Below are positions 28,133 through 41,427 of a stretch of 64,000 nucleotides of DNA, piece after piece. The stretch lies in the NCBI RefSeq assembly GCF_009914755.1, contig NC_060927.1. One strand, given 5' to 3'. The DNA is from the human T2T-CHM13v2.0 reference genome, Homo sapiens. The notes beneath the pieces were generated by a model. It did no database searches. It had not been told where the DNA came from and was given only the letters and a program-made list of their open reading frames with translations. Position 1 is the first letter of the stretch; every line of letters starts with the position of its first letter. The position numbers and the translations under genes are program-made.

Positions 28133-30389
28133 TGTATTAGTCTGTTCTCATGCTGCTAATGAAGACATACTCAAGGCTGGGTAATTTATAAAGAAAGAGG
28201 TTTAATTGACTCACAGTTCAGCATGGCTGGGGAGGCTTCAGGAAACTTACAATCATGGTGGAAGGGGAAGCAAACATGTCTTTCTTCACATGGCGGCAGC
28301 AAGAAGTGCCAAGCAAAAGGGGGGAAAACTCCTTATAAAACAATCAGATCTTATGAGAACTCACTCACTAGTACAGTAGAACAGAAGGGTAACTGCCTCC
28401 ATGATTAAATTACCTCCCACTGGGTCTCTATTACAACACACAGGGATCATGGGAACTACAATTCAAGGTGAGATTTGGGTGGGGAGATAGCCAAATCATA
28501 CCATTCCACTTCTGACTCCTCCCAAATCTCATGTCCTCACATTTCAAAACATAGTCATGCCATTCCGGCAGTCCCCCAAAATCTTAACTCGTTCCAGCAT
28601 TAACCCAAAAATCCAAGTCCAAAGTCTCATCTGTGACAAGGCAGGTCTCTTCCACCTATGAGCCTGTAAAATCAAAAGCAAATTAGTTACTTCCTAGTTA
28701 CAATGGGGGTACAGGCATTGGGTAAATACACCCATTCCAAAGGGAAGAAATGGGCCAAACAAAGGGGCTACAGGCCCCATGCAAGTCCAAAATCCAATGG
28801 GCAGTTATTAAACCTTAAAGTTCCAAAATGATATCCTTTGATTCCATGTCTCACATCCAGGTCATGCTGATACAAGAGGTGGGCTCCCACAGCCTTGGGC
28901 AAGTCTGCCTCTGAAGCTTTGCAGGGTACAGCTCCCCTCCTGGCTACTTCCACAGGCTGGCCTTGAGTGTCTGCAGCTCTTCCAGGTGTACAGTGCAAGC
29001 TGTTGGCGGATCTACCATTCTAGGGTCTGGAGGATGATGGCCCTCTTCTCACAGCTCCACCAGGCAATGCCCCAATGGGGACTCTGTGTGGGGCTTCCAA
29101 CCTAACGTTTCCCTTCCACACTGCCCTAGCAGAGGTTCTTCATGAGGGCTCTACCCCTGCAGCAAACTTCTGCCTGGACATGCAGGCATTTCCATACATC
29201 CTCTGAAATCTAGGCAGAGATCCCCAAACCTCAATTCTTGTCTTCCGCACACTCACAGGACCAACATCATGTGGAAGCTGCCAAGGCTTGGGACTTGCAC
29301 CCTCTGAAGCAATGGCCTGAGCTGTACCTTGACCCCTTTTGGCCATAGCTGGAGCAGCTGAGATACAGTTCTGCAGTTCCAAGGCTCCACACAGTAGGGG
29401 GAACCTGGACCTGGCCCAGGAAACCATTTTTCCCTCCTAGGCCTCCAGGTCTGTGATGGGAGAGACTGTGGTGAAGGTCTCTGACATGCCCTGGAGACTC
29501 AGCTCCTTATTAGTTATGAAAATTTCTACAGCCGCTTAAATTTCTCCCCAGAAGATGGGTTTTTCTTTCCTATCTCATTGTCAGGCTGCAAATTTTCCAA
29601 ACTTTTATGTTCTCTTCCTCTTGAATACTTTGCCACTTAGAAATTTCTTCTGCCAGATTCCCCAAATAATCTCTCTCAAGTTCAAATTTCCACAGACCTC
29701 TAGGGCAGGGGCAAAAAGCTGCCAGTCTCCTTGCTAAAGCACAGCAAAAGTCACCTTTGCTCTAGTTCCCAACAAGTTCTTCTTCTCCATCTGAGACCAC
29801 CTTAGCCTGGACTTCGCTGTCCATATTCCTATCAGCATTTTGGTCAAAGCCATTCAACAAGTCTCTAGGAAGTTCCAAACTTGCCCACATTTTTGTATCT
29901 TCTCCTGAGTCCTCTAAACTGTTCCAACCTCTGCCTGTTACTCAGTTCCAAAGTCACTACCACATTTTCAGGTATCCTTATAGCAGCACCTCATTCTACT
30001 GGTACCAATTTACTGTATTAGTCTGTTCTCACACTGCTAATAAAGACATACCCAAGACAGGGTAATTTATAAAGGAAAGAGGTTTAATTGACTCACAGTT
30101 CAGCATGGCTGAGGAGACCTCAGGAAACTTACAATCATGGTGGAAGGGGAAGCAAACTTGTCCTTCTTCACATGGTGGCAGGAAGGAGAAGTGCTGAGCA
30201 AAAGGGGAAAAAGCCCCTTACAGAACCATCAGATCTTGTGAGAACTCACTCACTATCATGAGAACAGCATGAGAGTAATCACCCTCATGATTAAATTACC
30301 TCCCACTGGGTCCTTCATACAATAAGTGGGGATTAGGGGAACTACAATTCAAGATGAGATTTGGGTAGTAACACAGCCAAACCATATCA
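28133..30389 (-). mobile_element. Complete THE1 (THE1C/D-like, ERVL-MaLR) element: LTR-internal-LTR
   Basis: Two similar LTRs, 28133-28503 and 30014-30389 (TGTATTAGTCTGTTCTCA...CCAAACCATATCA), around a ~1.5-kb non-coding internal region. 5-bp TSD TTTGC/CTTGC. Confidence 0.93.
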
Positions 30390-30473
30390 CTTGCCATGCA
30401 AACAGCTGCCTACTTCCTCACCCAAGGAAGACATTGCTCATCAACACAAATACCCCTCTTCTCTCCATACCTG

Positions 30474-31129
30474 GAAGGTCTAGCCCAGTGGTTCTCAGGC
30501 TTGGTTGCTCATTGGAGTCACCTGGGGAAAGTTTTATTTTTTGTTAGTGCCTTGAGTATTCTAATTTAGAATCTCTGGGAGTGGTGCCCGAGCATTGATG
30601 ATTTGAATGTGCTTCAGGTGATTCTTACATGTAGTCATTAGTCAAAACCTCTTGTTGAGCCCAGTCATGAAGCCTCAGAATCCTTCTTAAACCAGGCACT
30701 AACAATTATCAGAGTTTGTATTTAAGACAATTCCTAAAGCAATCCATGACTTATGTCGGATTGATCTATGCCAGCAGTTCTCAAAGTGGGAGAACCACAC
30801 TGGGAATTTGTTAGGAATGCAAATTCTCAGGCCCTACCCCAGAACTAGTAAATTTTAAAGTCTGGGTTAGAACCAGTTTTATGAGCCCTCCAGTAGGTTC
30901 TGATACACATTCAAATTTGAGAACCACTTCTCCAACCAGTAGCTGTGACTAATGGCCTGACATTCAAATCACCTGAAGCATCACCAAAAACCTACCAATG
31001 CTTGGGCACCACTCCGAGAAATTCGAATAAATTAAAATATTCATGGCTTTAAAAACAAGCAAACAAACAAACTTTCCCCAGGTGATTCCAGTAGGTAACC
31101 AAGCTTGGGAACCACTGGGCTAGGCCTTC
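30474..31129. mobile_element. Three MER5-family MITEs: an inverted MER5B-like pair flanking a MER5A-like copy (~30772-30930)
   Basis: CAGTGGTTCTC/GAACCACTG termini and the internal GAATCACCTGGGG and CAGGTGATTC motifs. Confidence 0.75.
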
Positions 31130-31496
31130 TGAGTAATCAAAGAAAATGTGTATTGGCCTAGCTTTCAGCCGGTGTTGTTGTGCATTTACCTAGGCCTGGA
31201 GTGGCCGTCTGAGTCTGGGGACACTGATGGTAGAATGAGGATAGAATTCTCCCTCAGGCAGGATGACAAAGGGCAGTGCTTCAAGGTATGAACTGTGGCC
31301 GAGGTCTGATCAACAGCAGTGATGAAATGTTAGAGGGGCCCTGTGGTTAATCGAGGGGCTTTGATATAAAGTGTTGGAGCTATCCCTCACTCCCAAGTCC
31401 TCTTGCCCCCTAATAGTAGCCCGTGATGGTTCTGCCACCTAGGAACTTAACAGTGGTGTTGTTAAACTAGTATCTGATAAAATTGTATATACTCAA

Positions 31497-31944
31497 TGTA
31501 TTAGTTTCTCATGGCTTCTATAACAAAGTATCACAAACTAAACAGCTTTAAACAGAAATTTATTCTATCACAGTTCTGGAGGCTGAAAGTCTGAGATCAA
31601 GGTGTTGGCAGGGTCGTTCTCCCTTTGAAGGCTCTAGGGAGGATCTATCCTATGCCTCTCTCCTAGTTGCCATCAATTCTTGATATAACTTGGTTTGTAG
31701 ATGCATCACCCCAATCTCTGCCTCCATCTTCACATGGTATTCTCCCTGGTGTGTTGCTGTATTTTCATTCGGCCTTCTTATAAGGATGCCAGCATGAAAT
31801 GTAGGGCTCATCCTAATCCAGTATGATGTCATTTTAACTTGATTATATTTGCAAAGGCCCTGTTTCCAAAGAAGATCACATTCACAGGTCTCACAGTTAG
31901 GACTTCAACATGTCTTTTGTGGGGATATAACTCAATACACAACA
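31497..31944 (-). mobile_element. MLT1 (MLT1C/D-like) solo LTR
   Basis: TGTATTAGTTTC..ACAGAAATTTATTCT..CACAGTTCTGGAGGCTGAAAGTCTGAGATCAAGGTGTTGGCAGGG. Confidence 0.87.
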
Positions 31945-32726
31945 TTCAATAATTTATTGTTTAATGATAATAAGAATATATTGTGTGGTTTAAATTTCTA
32001 TCGTGTTGGACTTTCACAACAACCTCAATATACTTTATGTATTATAAACCTTTTGGAATAGCAGGCATTACGAAATTCAGAGCCATTTCATGATACACTC
32101 GGCCATGAACCTATCACTTCCAAACTTCAAGGGGATCCTCTCATGCTGCACAACAGAAATATTTGGTGAACAAGTCCATGAACACAATACTCAGTATTCA
32201 TGAGTGGCTGGATTTCTGCCATAATCCCATTGAGATTTTGTCTCACACAAGATGGTGGAGAAAAGTGCTGTAGCAATGCCCAGACACATAGAAGTGCTAC
32301 CCTCTGGGCTTCTCAACAATAAGCGATTAGCAAAAGGAATCAGTCATATGCCTGGACTTTGGCCTGGAAAACTTCATACTTGGGTGGGCTCTAGAACCAA
32401 AGCTATGTGTTGTACTTCTGTAACCTCACCGTGGCAAGACAGTGTGCTGGCTGGATGGTGTTAGGGACATCCATTGCCCATTGAGAGTAGGGCTGAGGCT
32501 CATCATTACCATGTCCCCAGCGGGGTACTGAGGACAGAATGGGTGCTGCATAGATGCTTGCTGCAGACTGTCTGAAGCTGAGGGACTAAAGTGCCTCTAC
32601 ACCAAGAGCTTCTACCTGTTGGCGTCACACCTGCTGGCAGGTGTGGATGTGGGTCAGCAGATGACCTTGAGGATGACAGGGTTAGGATTAATTCGCTGCC
32701 AGATATCTTCTCGTAGTTCACCAAAT

Positions 32727-32729
<3 letters not shown>

Positions 32730-32766
<37 letters not shown>

Positions 32767-32771
32767 GACAC
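32730..32771. repeat. (CA)n microsatellite
   Basis: Seen directly. Confidence 0.95.
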
Positions 32772-35329
32772 AAAATCTTAAATTTATCGTATATCTGAGT
32801 TAAGACATAATTTTTCTGAAGCAGTGGTTTTCAAACATTTGAAGAATTCTTGGCAACACAACTATTCAATGCAAAGCTCTGTGTGGAAGGTGTGTATGAA
32901 GTCTTGAAGGGAACTCAGACCCCTAATGACAGTGAGCTGCCTCTTCCTCTTCTTCTCTTCTCCCTCCCCCATGCTCCAACAGTGACCCCTGCGGCAGCTC
33001 TAGGGAAACCCAGTCCCTGCAGAAAGCAGACCCATACCCTTAGCATCCCCCAGGGAAGCAAGTCATCTGGTACCTTGTAGAAACCCCTGCCAGGGACAGT
33101 GCTCTCCCCAAGCCCAGTGTCAGCACTTCTGTGTCCGTATGAATGCAGATTCCTTTCCAGTGAGCCCCATGCATTCTTCACTGCCCTGAGAATTTTTCCC
33201 TGATATTCCTCACCACCCAATGGAGCAAGCACTCCTCTATGCCCCTTCCTCATACCTGCACTGGGGAGCTGGGGGCTCTTAGGGCACTTTAAAGTCACAT
33301 GGCTGTGTTGGCCCTGGTGTCTGGTCCAAGCTCCTCATGCAGCAGCAGCAGGACCGCCTGGCTGGCAGAACCCTGCCTGCTGCAGCAGGGTTCCACTTCC
33401 TTTTCTTCTGCTTCCCTCCACAGGGCTGGTCACCATCCTCTAAATTAATAGATTTCCTTTCACATAATTGAAGACAAGTTATAATCATCACTTGATGATA
33501 TTAATTATGTCAATAATTGATATTGATATTGATTATATCAATAATCATCACCATGATTACCTCTGAGCACCAGAAGGCAACATTGACAATGATGTTTGAA
33601 AAGATGGAAGGAAGGTTTAAAATTCCTAGGAAACAAAGTGCCCACTCTTGTGCTCCCCTGACTTTGCATTTCCTTTTGTTCTGCCTCCCAAGTCAGTGTC
33701 CCCCTTCTCTTCAGCTGAGCAGGAGAGCCTGCCATGACAAGCTGTCACCTGCCTGTCCAGGGGCTCTTCTCAAAGGCTCAGCCACCTGCTGGGATGGAGG
33801 GGGGCGGCGGTGACAGCCCAAGCTCAGTGTTCAGTGAGGCCCAACAGTGCAAGGTGGCAGGAGGGCTGTAGGCTCCTTGCCGTGGGCCAGGCACTGCCAC
33901 TTTCCAGGCAGGAGGGAGCGGCTCCACAGCTGTCACTGACAGCCCCTGGGGTTTGCTCCAGACTTGGCAGAGGAGGACACTCTCAGACTCCCAAATCACC
34001 TCTTTGAAATTCAGAAGAGCCACACTGTCATCTCCCCTCCTCTCTCTGACACAAACACACACAAAAGATAAGCAAGCCCTAACTCTCTTTTACTCAGAGA
34101 CCTACACTGCCAAGTTTTCTCTGTCTCCCACTCTCACACACAGATTGATACATTCTCACACACAATCTGGTTCTCTGTCTCTGTCTCTCTCTCTCTCACA
34201 CACACACACACAGTATACTAATTAAACTCCAATTCTCTCCTACCTCACTTAACCCAGGTATTTTGAGAGAACCAAAGCCCCTCTTTTCTGGGGGAGCCCA
34301 GGCCATCTCGAGGTGTGACAACAGCACCTTCCCTAATGGCAACACACAACTTGGGGTCTCTGCACTATCAGACATTGACCTCCAGGTGTTTGGTAGCTGC
34401 TGCTTCACTGGATGAATTCTTCACCTCTCTTCCCAGCCGTGGGGAACATGTTGATAAAACCAGTAAATTCATTCATGTTCTGGGGGATGATGAGAACAGA
34501 GAGTCTGGCTGCAGCCACAGCCTAAGCATGCCCTCCAGGCATTTGTCGTGTAGCTGGCATTTGAGCTGAGGACATCTCCCCCACCACAAAAGCCTGCCAC
34601 CATCCTCAGGGGAAATTAGGACTGTCTTCTTTGCAGAAAGTGGGATGTGTGCCTGGGGAGGTCCAGCCTGGTTGCCTTTATTCCTCCCAGGCTCCAGATA
34701 GGAAACCAGATAAAAATACACTTTGCTGTTTGCTCCTTTTTTTTTTTCTGCCTAGCTCGGGTTAACCATTTTTACATTTTTACAGTATTTTTGCTAACGT
34801 CAACCATGTATCTTTGGTGACTTGAGCAGATTGTAAGAATGGGCAGTATAAAAATATCCTCTTTCAGTGGAGGCATGAAGTAAATGAGGAGGGGAGTGAG
34901 GGAGCTGCCGTCCCTGCTCTGTGCTGTTACTGCTGCAGCCAGTGGCTTCATGTTCCACGTAGTATGGAGAGAGACAGAGCCTAAGCATGGAAAAAAGCAT
35001 GAAAGGGTGAAATCCTGGCATTTGGCATGAAAAACTGAAAAGGGGGGTCATATTTGCTATAGGGAGTGATGAGCTTTTGAGGACAGCCTTGGCAAGAACC
35101 CTGTTTAACAGCTGTAATTGGCACTGATGCTGGACAGCACAGGCCATGCCAGCTGTCTGCTCTATGCTCACCTCCCATTACTTCTCCTTCAGGAACTCCC
35201 TGCTTCAGCCATTGTGGATTGCTTGTATGTCCCAGCCTCTCTCTTATCCCTGGCCGTTGAGAAAGCTGCTCTCTGCCTGGACTTCCCTCCTCCAGTCACT
35301 TTGCCTGGTTAACTTCTACTTGTTCTCTA

Positions 35330-35790
35330 GGGCTGAGCATAGTGAAAATAATAGTTAACACTGGGCTGTGTAGGTGCTGATGAGAAACTGAGGCACAGAG
35401 AGGTAGGTTACTTGCCCCCGCCGCACAGGTAGAAAGAGGCAGTACTGGTATCCAAACCCAGACAAAGGCTCCAGGAGTTCTTAACCACCACCAGAAACTG
35501 CTTCTCTAACAGCTCCTGCCTGCCTTCCCTGACCCTTCCCTGTGTTGGGGAGTCTCCTCTGGTTTTCAGAACACCTTGTACCCACTCTCATCTTCACCTT
35601 CCCTCACTTTTCAATGTTTTTAACAATATATTTTAAGTTTCTGTTTTCTTGTCTGTCTCCCCACTGTCCTGTTCAGCTTGAGGGCAGGGACACTGGCTTA
35701 TTTCTGGGACATCAGCTTCTCAGCAGGACCTGGCACAAAGTGGTGCTTATTGCCTATTTGTTGATGGGATGGATGAATGAGTGGATAGAT
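35330..35790. mobile_element. MIR plus an L2 3' fragment
   Basis: GATGAGAAACTGAGGCACAGAGAGGT (MIR); TTGAGGGCAGGGAC..CCTGGCACAAAGTGGTGCT..TATTTGTTGA..GGATGAATGA (L2). Confidence 0.7.
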
Positions 35791-36598
35791 GTGAATCCCT
35801 TAGGTAAACAAAACTGGCTAAGGTCTGGCAGACAAGCTGAGGGCCAAGCAGAGAGCCAATTTAGAAACTTCCAGTGTGGGATTGGAGGCAAGAAGGAGAA
35901 ACAAGCCTAAGAGTGGCCCTGTAGAAAAGAGCATCTCTAGACTCTGGAATCTTGACCTCCACTGAAGGGCTGGCAGGACAGCCAGCATGTAGAAAGACCA
36001 CAGCACTGGGACCATTCAACCCTCATGAAGCTCAGGGCTATCTGCATGCTACAGAGTTAGGGAAACCTGCCCCCCAGAGGTGGAATGCAACGAAAATGGG
36101 GCAGAGGGCAGCATAGCATGACCTTGTAGTGGCAGGGCTCTCCAGGAGGCATGCTTCATCACTCTTCTTTCCTTTTGTACCATTGCAATTCCTTCTGACC
36201 CAAATGTGTTAGCTTTTACATTGCCAGGGAGCAAAGAAAACCATAACTTGTTTCTCATGTAGCCAATCTCAGGTAGTTCCAGTGAGTTTTATGACAGTTA
36301 CACTCTCTCCTCCCACCCACCTCCCCTGCAGCAACATTGGAACCCACATAGAGGGAACCAGGGCACATGTGGCATATCCACATGAGGCTAGAAGCCAGCA
36401 CAGGCATGCTGGTCACCTTGAGCTTCTCTAACTAGGCACAGCAACATAGCTTGTGCACGAAGCAAGAATAGCCTGTCTGTCATAATTCACAAGATATGGG
36501 AGTGAGAGTTTGGAAGAATGTGCATGCCAAGTTTTTTATTGCCTGCCTTCAATCAGAAACCTGATTGTTGGGCTGACCACGGTTTCTCCTTCTTTCAG

Positions 36599-36748
36599 GG
36601 AGGGAAGATCCCTGTGAGATGGACAGCTCCAGAGGCCATCGCCTACCGCAAGTTCACTTCAGCCAGCGACGTTTGGAGCTATGGGATCGTCATGTGGGAA
36701 GTCATGTCATTTGGAGAGAGACCCTATTGGGATATGTCCAACCAAGAT
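36599..36748 (+). CDS. EPHB1: EPHB1 coding exon, kinase subdomains VIII-X (150 bp, phase 0/0)
   Basis: Acceptor ttctccttctttcAG and donor GAT|GTGAGT. Translates [50 protein letters not shown], an Eph-family kinase sequence matching EphB1. Confidence 0.98.
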
Positions 36749-38247
36749 GTGAGTGTCAGCAGCACTTGGTCACCACAAACCCCCATTGAAGGGATCCCAA
36801 AGGCAGTAGCATACCAATTCCTCCTGTTTTCAGCTCACGGCCTCATAATCTGAACCTGCAGTGTTCAGGGTAGGGGATACAGGGACACCCTTAGCATGGA
36901 TGTTGGAACTAATCAAAGAGCCCAGCATGGAGGTGTGAAAGGCCCTATAACCACAAAGCCTGTAGAGGTGCCAAGGCCACAGTCTCCAACCCAAGAGACA
37001 ATGGGCTGTTTCCAAATGGCTGAGGACCATGAATAGATCAGCCCCAAATTAAGCAGTAAAGTCTACCCTGCTTCTAAGCGTTCAGGTTCTGTGTTTTCCT
37101 TCCCTGTGAACGACAGAGGGGAAGGAGGCACTGGACTGGGGGCCAGGGCCTGGGTTCCCATCCTGCTCTGCCTCTGACGGCTATGCTCCATTGAGCCAGT
37201 CGCAGTTTCTGTGTGGGACTTGTACCTCTTAGCTTTAAAGAGAGTAATTGGAAAGGGCCCTTCTTCCTTGAGAATTCACTCTTCTATGATCCCATATCAC
37301 CTATCAGTGAAGGAAGAGGTGGAAAGCTTTCCAAAGCTGGGCAGCTTCAGATGGGCCACAGGAGAGGGTCCCTGTCTGTGGGGAGGTCAACACTCCCCCA
37401 GGATGCCCTCAAGGGAAAAGGGTGAGAAAGGAAGAGAAGGGTCATCTAACATGCTTTAAATAGAGGCTTTTTGGAATGTTCCACATGAGAACCTTTGCTC
37501 CATACTTACTAAAAGGTGAGGAAGCCTTTTTCGGATGATTTGCTTTGATAAGTCTCCAATGAAAAGTCCTGCCTGAATTTCAACACTGCCTCTCACCCTC
37601 TCCAGGGACCAGGCCTCTTTTGTGTTTTGCATACATACCCTCCCGTTGGAGCTGAGAGGATTACAATTTGCAAAGCTGCATACCTATGTTCTCTGCTTGC
37701 CCTTCCCATCACTTTGGGAGGGGGCAGTTTTTATCCTTCCCAACTGACAGCTAAAAGAGAAAGAATGGTCCCCAGTTCAGATCTGAGTCCACTGGCAGCC
37801 AGCCACACTGTAACCCCCTCTGTGCTAGGGTGGACACTGAGGAACTTGTCAGCTATGGAGTCAGCAAGCCTTCTATCCTGTGAAAGGTTTAGTGCCATGG
37901 CAGCTGCTCGGAAGATTGAGAAAGGTGGCAACTTCCCAGAGAGACTGTGGAAAGAGGAGCTGGGGTACTTCTATGACAGTACTCCCTGTTGCTATGGGCA
38001 GAGTGGCTCCAGCCTGGAGTGGGTGAAATGGCTGCACCATTAACCGGGTCCTGAAGTCAACTATGGCTGGTGTCTAGGTCCTCTATTATCTGGGATTAGC
38101 AACACCTTGCCTCTGCTCCTGAAGCACATCAAATCAGTAAGCGGTGGAGTTAGTGCAAAGCCTGCTTTTATGAAATCAGCTGCACCCTGGTTCTGTCTAT
38201 ACCAGCTGCTAAATAAGTATAACATGTTAGTAGAAAAAGCAGACCCA

Positions 38248-38527
38248 GCAGGGCGCAGTGGCTCATGCTTGTAGTCCCAGCACCTTGGAAGGTGGAGGCA
38301 GGTGGATTGCTTGAGACCAGGACTTTGAGACCAGCATGGTCAATGTGGTACAACTTTGTCTCTGCTAAAAATACAAATTAGCCAGGTGTGGTGGCACATG
38401 CCTGTAATCTCAGCTACTCGGGAGACTGAGGCACGAAAATTGCTTGAGCTTGGAGGCAGAGGTTGCAGTGAGCCAAGATCGCGCCACTGCATTCCAGCCT
38501 GGGTGACAGAGCGGGACCCTGTCTCAA

Positions 38528-38553
<26 letters not shown>
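38248..38553 (+). mobile_element. Alu SINE (AluJ/Sx-like)
   Basis: Full Alu with an A/GAAAA tail. TSD AGAAAAA(G/T)CAGACCCA at 38232-38247 and 38554-38569. Confidence 0.95.
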
Positions 38554-38559
<6 letters not shown>

Positions 38560-40959
38560 ATCAGACCCATCTTATCCTGCCCAAGACCTTAATCTGACTA
38601 AGAACAATTCAGCACTTACAGAATGAATTACAAAACTGTCTGACAAGCAAGATTTCACATTCAAGATATTTTCTGTCAATGCTGAAAACAAAATTTCTGA
38701 TATTAGACTTCCAGAATTCCCAAGTTATTCATTTAACACACAATCAGTGTATGCTAGTTGTGACTAAACACTGTGCTTGCTGATTCTAGAAGGTTTTACA
38801 GTCCGGTGGCATAAACATGGGGCTTTGAGAACATTTGAGTGGAGGAGGTAAGGGAAGACTTCCTGGATATTTGACGTTTGAGATGGGTCTCAGAGGGAAT
38901 AAGAACATCTGTAGAGTAGCAGTTTATTCTAATTTTGCGTGCTCCTTCAAAATAAAGCCCCTAAGCATTGTCTCAAGTGCAGTTTTGCTCCTCGTGGGAG
39001 GCAAGAGGTGACTTCATGCCCATTCGGAAAGCTTCTTACAACCTGGCCTGGGAGAGAGCCAGGAGGGGCTCCCAGCTGCCGGGCTGAAGCCTCACTCATC
39101 AGAAACCACCAAGTTGGTGGTGGTAAAGGATTTTACAGATGACAATTGAAAGGTTTTAAGGAAGAGAATTGCAGAGGCAAGTTGGAGTGCCGGTAATTAG
39201 GCTTCCAGAGCACAGGAAGGTCTTTGAACATGTACAGAGAGTTTGTCAGCCAGAGAGAGCAACTTGGAAGTTCTGCTGCTTGGATCTGATTGACAGAGAT
39301 AATGAGAGTGGCAGTGTCTGTGGAGAGGAGCTGCAGTCTTATTGAAACATCAGAGCTTGACTTAACCCGCTCTGCCCTGGTTTCTCCACTGCTCTGAGTT
39401 CCTCCACTTCCCTCTCCCCAGTGCAAGGTCGACTAGGCACTACCCACAGCCTGACTCACTAATGGGAAATACATGTCTGGGGGCAGCCGGGAGCAGGCCC
39501 TGAAAATACAAGGGCAACAGGAGGGGCTCTGCCCACTTCCCAGAGGCGTTCTAGTCACTCCACCCAGTCCCAGAGAGCACCTGGGGTCAGACTACCTGCA
39601 CCTGATCCCTACAGAACCTGTGTACCTACCATTTCTCAGTACAGGTGAATAAAGGCAACCCCTCACCACACCTCCTCCCTGCCTCTTTAATTAGATCCCA
39701 GGACGTTTGCTTACACTGGCCTTTGCAATGGCCAAAAGAGTTGTTGCTGAACTTTCAAAATGAGACAGCAGAGAGCTCTGGGTAACAGTTGCCTAGACTG
39801 GTCTCCTTGCCCCCAGAGCTTTACTTTTACTTCTCTCTGGAAATGCCATCTGATTTCATTCTAATCTTCAATCTTCTCAATAGCCACTTATCTCATCCTC
39901 TTGTGGACCAATGAAAGGAGCCCAGAATTCACTTCTGTTTTCAACTCTGCTCAGTAGGACACCCTATGCCTCCAACCTTAGGCCATATCTTTCCATACAA
40001 TTCAAACGTGGTCATTGTCATTTACAGCCATCATCACATGGCCAGAATGAAGGTGCTTTTCCACTCCTCCTTCCTGTTCCCCATACCTGCTAGTGAGGCA
40101 AGTGTGACAGAGAATGATTTCAAAGTCCCATTAGAAGACCAAAGCTATTTTTTGATATAATGATATTGTAATTTGACTAAATTTTATTGCTCAGAAATTT
40201 AGAAAACACGCATATCCTAAAGAAGAGAATAAAAATCTCCAAAGGCATTGTACTTCAAAGACTTGAGTGGATAAATGCTACTCATATACCAATGAATGAT
40301 CTCAGTATTTTTTTCTTTGGGCTGAAGGGTAAAGGACACTTTTTTCCCTATGTGCAAGAAGCATTAATGCTCCCAGATTATCAGCTCAAGTAATAACAAC
40401 AAAATTATTTACAAGAAGTAACAAATGGAGTAAAGTCCCATTTTCTAAACACAAACATGGTAGTGGGTTCCCATGGCTATGCTCTACCCTGAAAAGTGAG
40501 AAAAGTCCTTGGTGCTTTTCAAATACTATCTTCCTGGACCTCCAAAATGAGCAGTAGTAACTCCCTTCTTTGCTGGGAAGACATCTACTAAAATAGACAC
40601 AGCCGTAATGACACCTTCTGTGTGATGAGGATTCATCCTACTACTCATCTGCGCTGTGCTCAACACGCATCACTTCGGTGTCATTTAATCTTTGTAACAA
40701 TCTCATCTGTGAAGTTTCAGGAAGTCAGGTGACTCTCCCAAGGTTCTATAGGTAATAAGAAATGGAACTTGGATTTGAAACCAGCCTTCCAAGGTCTATG
40801 CACTATGTAGTACTATCACCAACACAGCCAAATGGACCTGTGTTCCTAGCTGACCTGCCCAGAAAGGAGGAATCAGTGGCTGTTTGATGTCCTCTTAAAA
40901 AGAAAGTAAACACACCAAACAAAGAGCAAATACAAAAACAAATACCAGAACAGTCTTCA

Positions 40960-41427
<468 letters not shown>

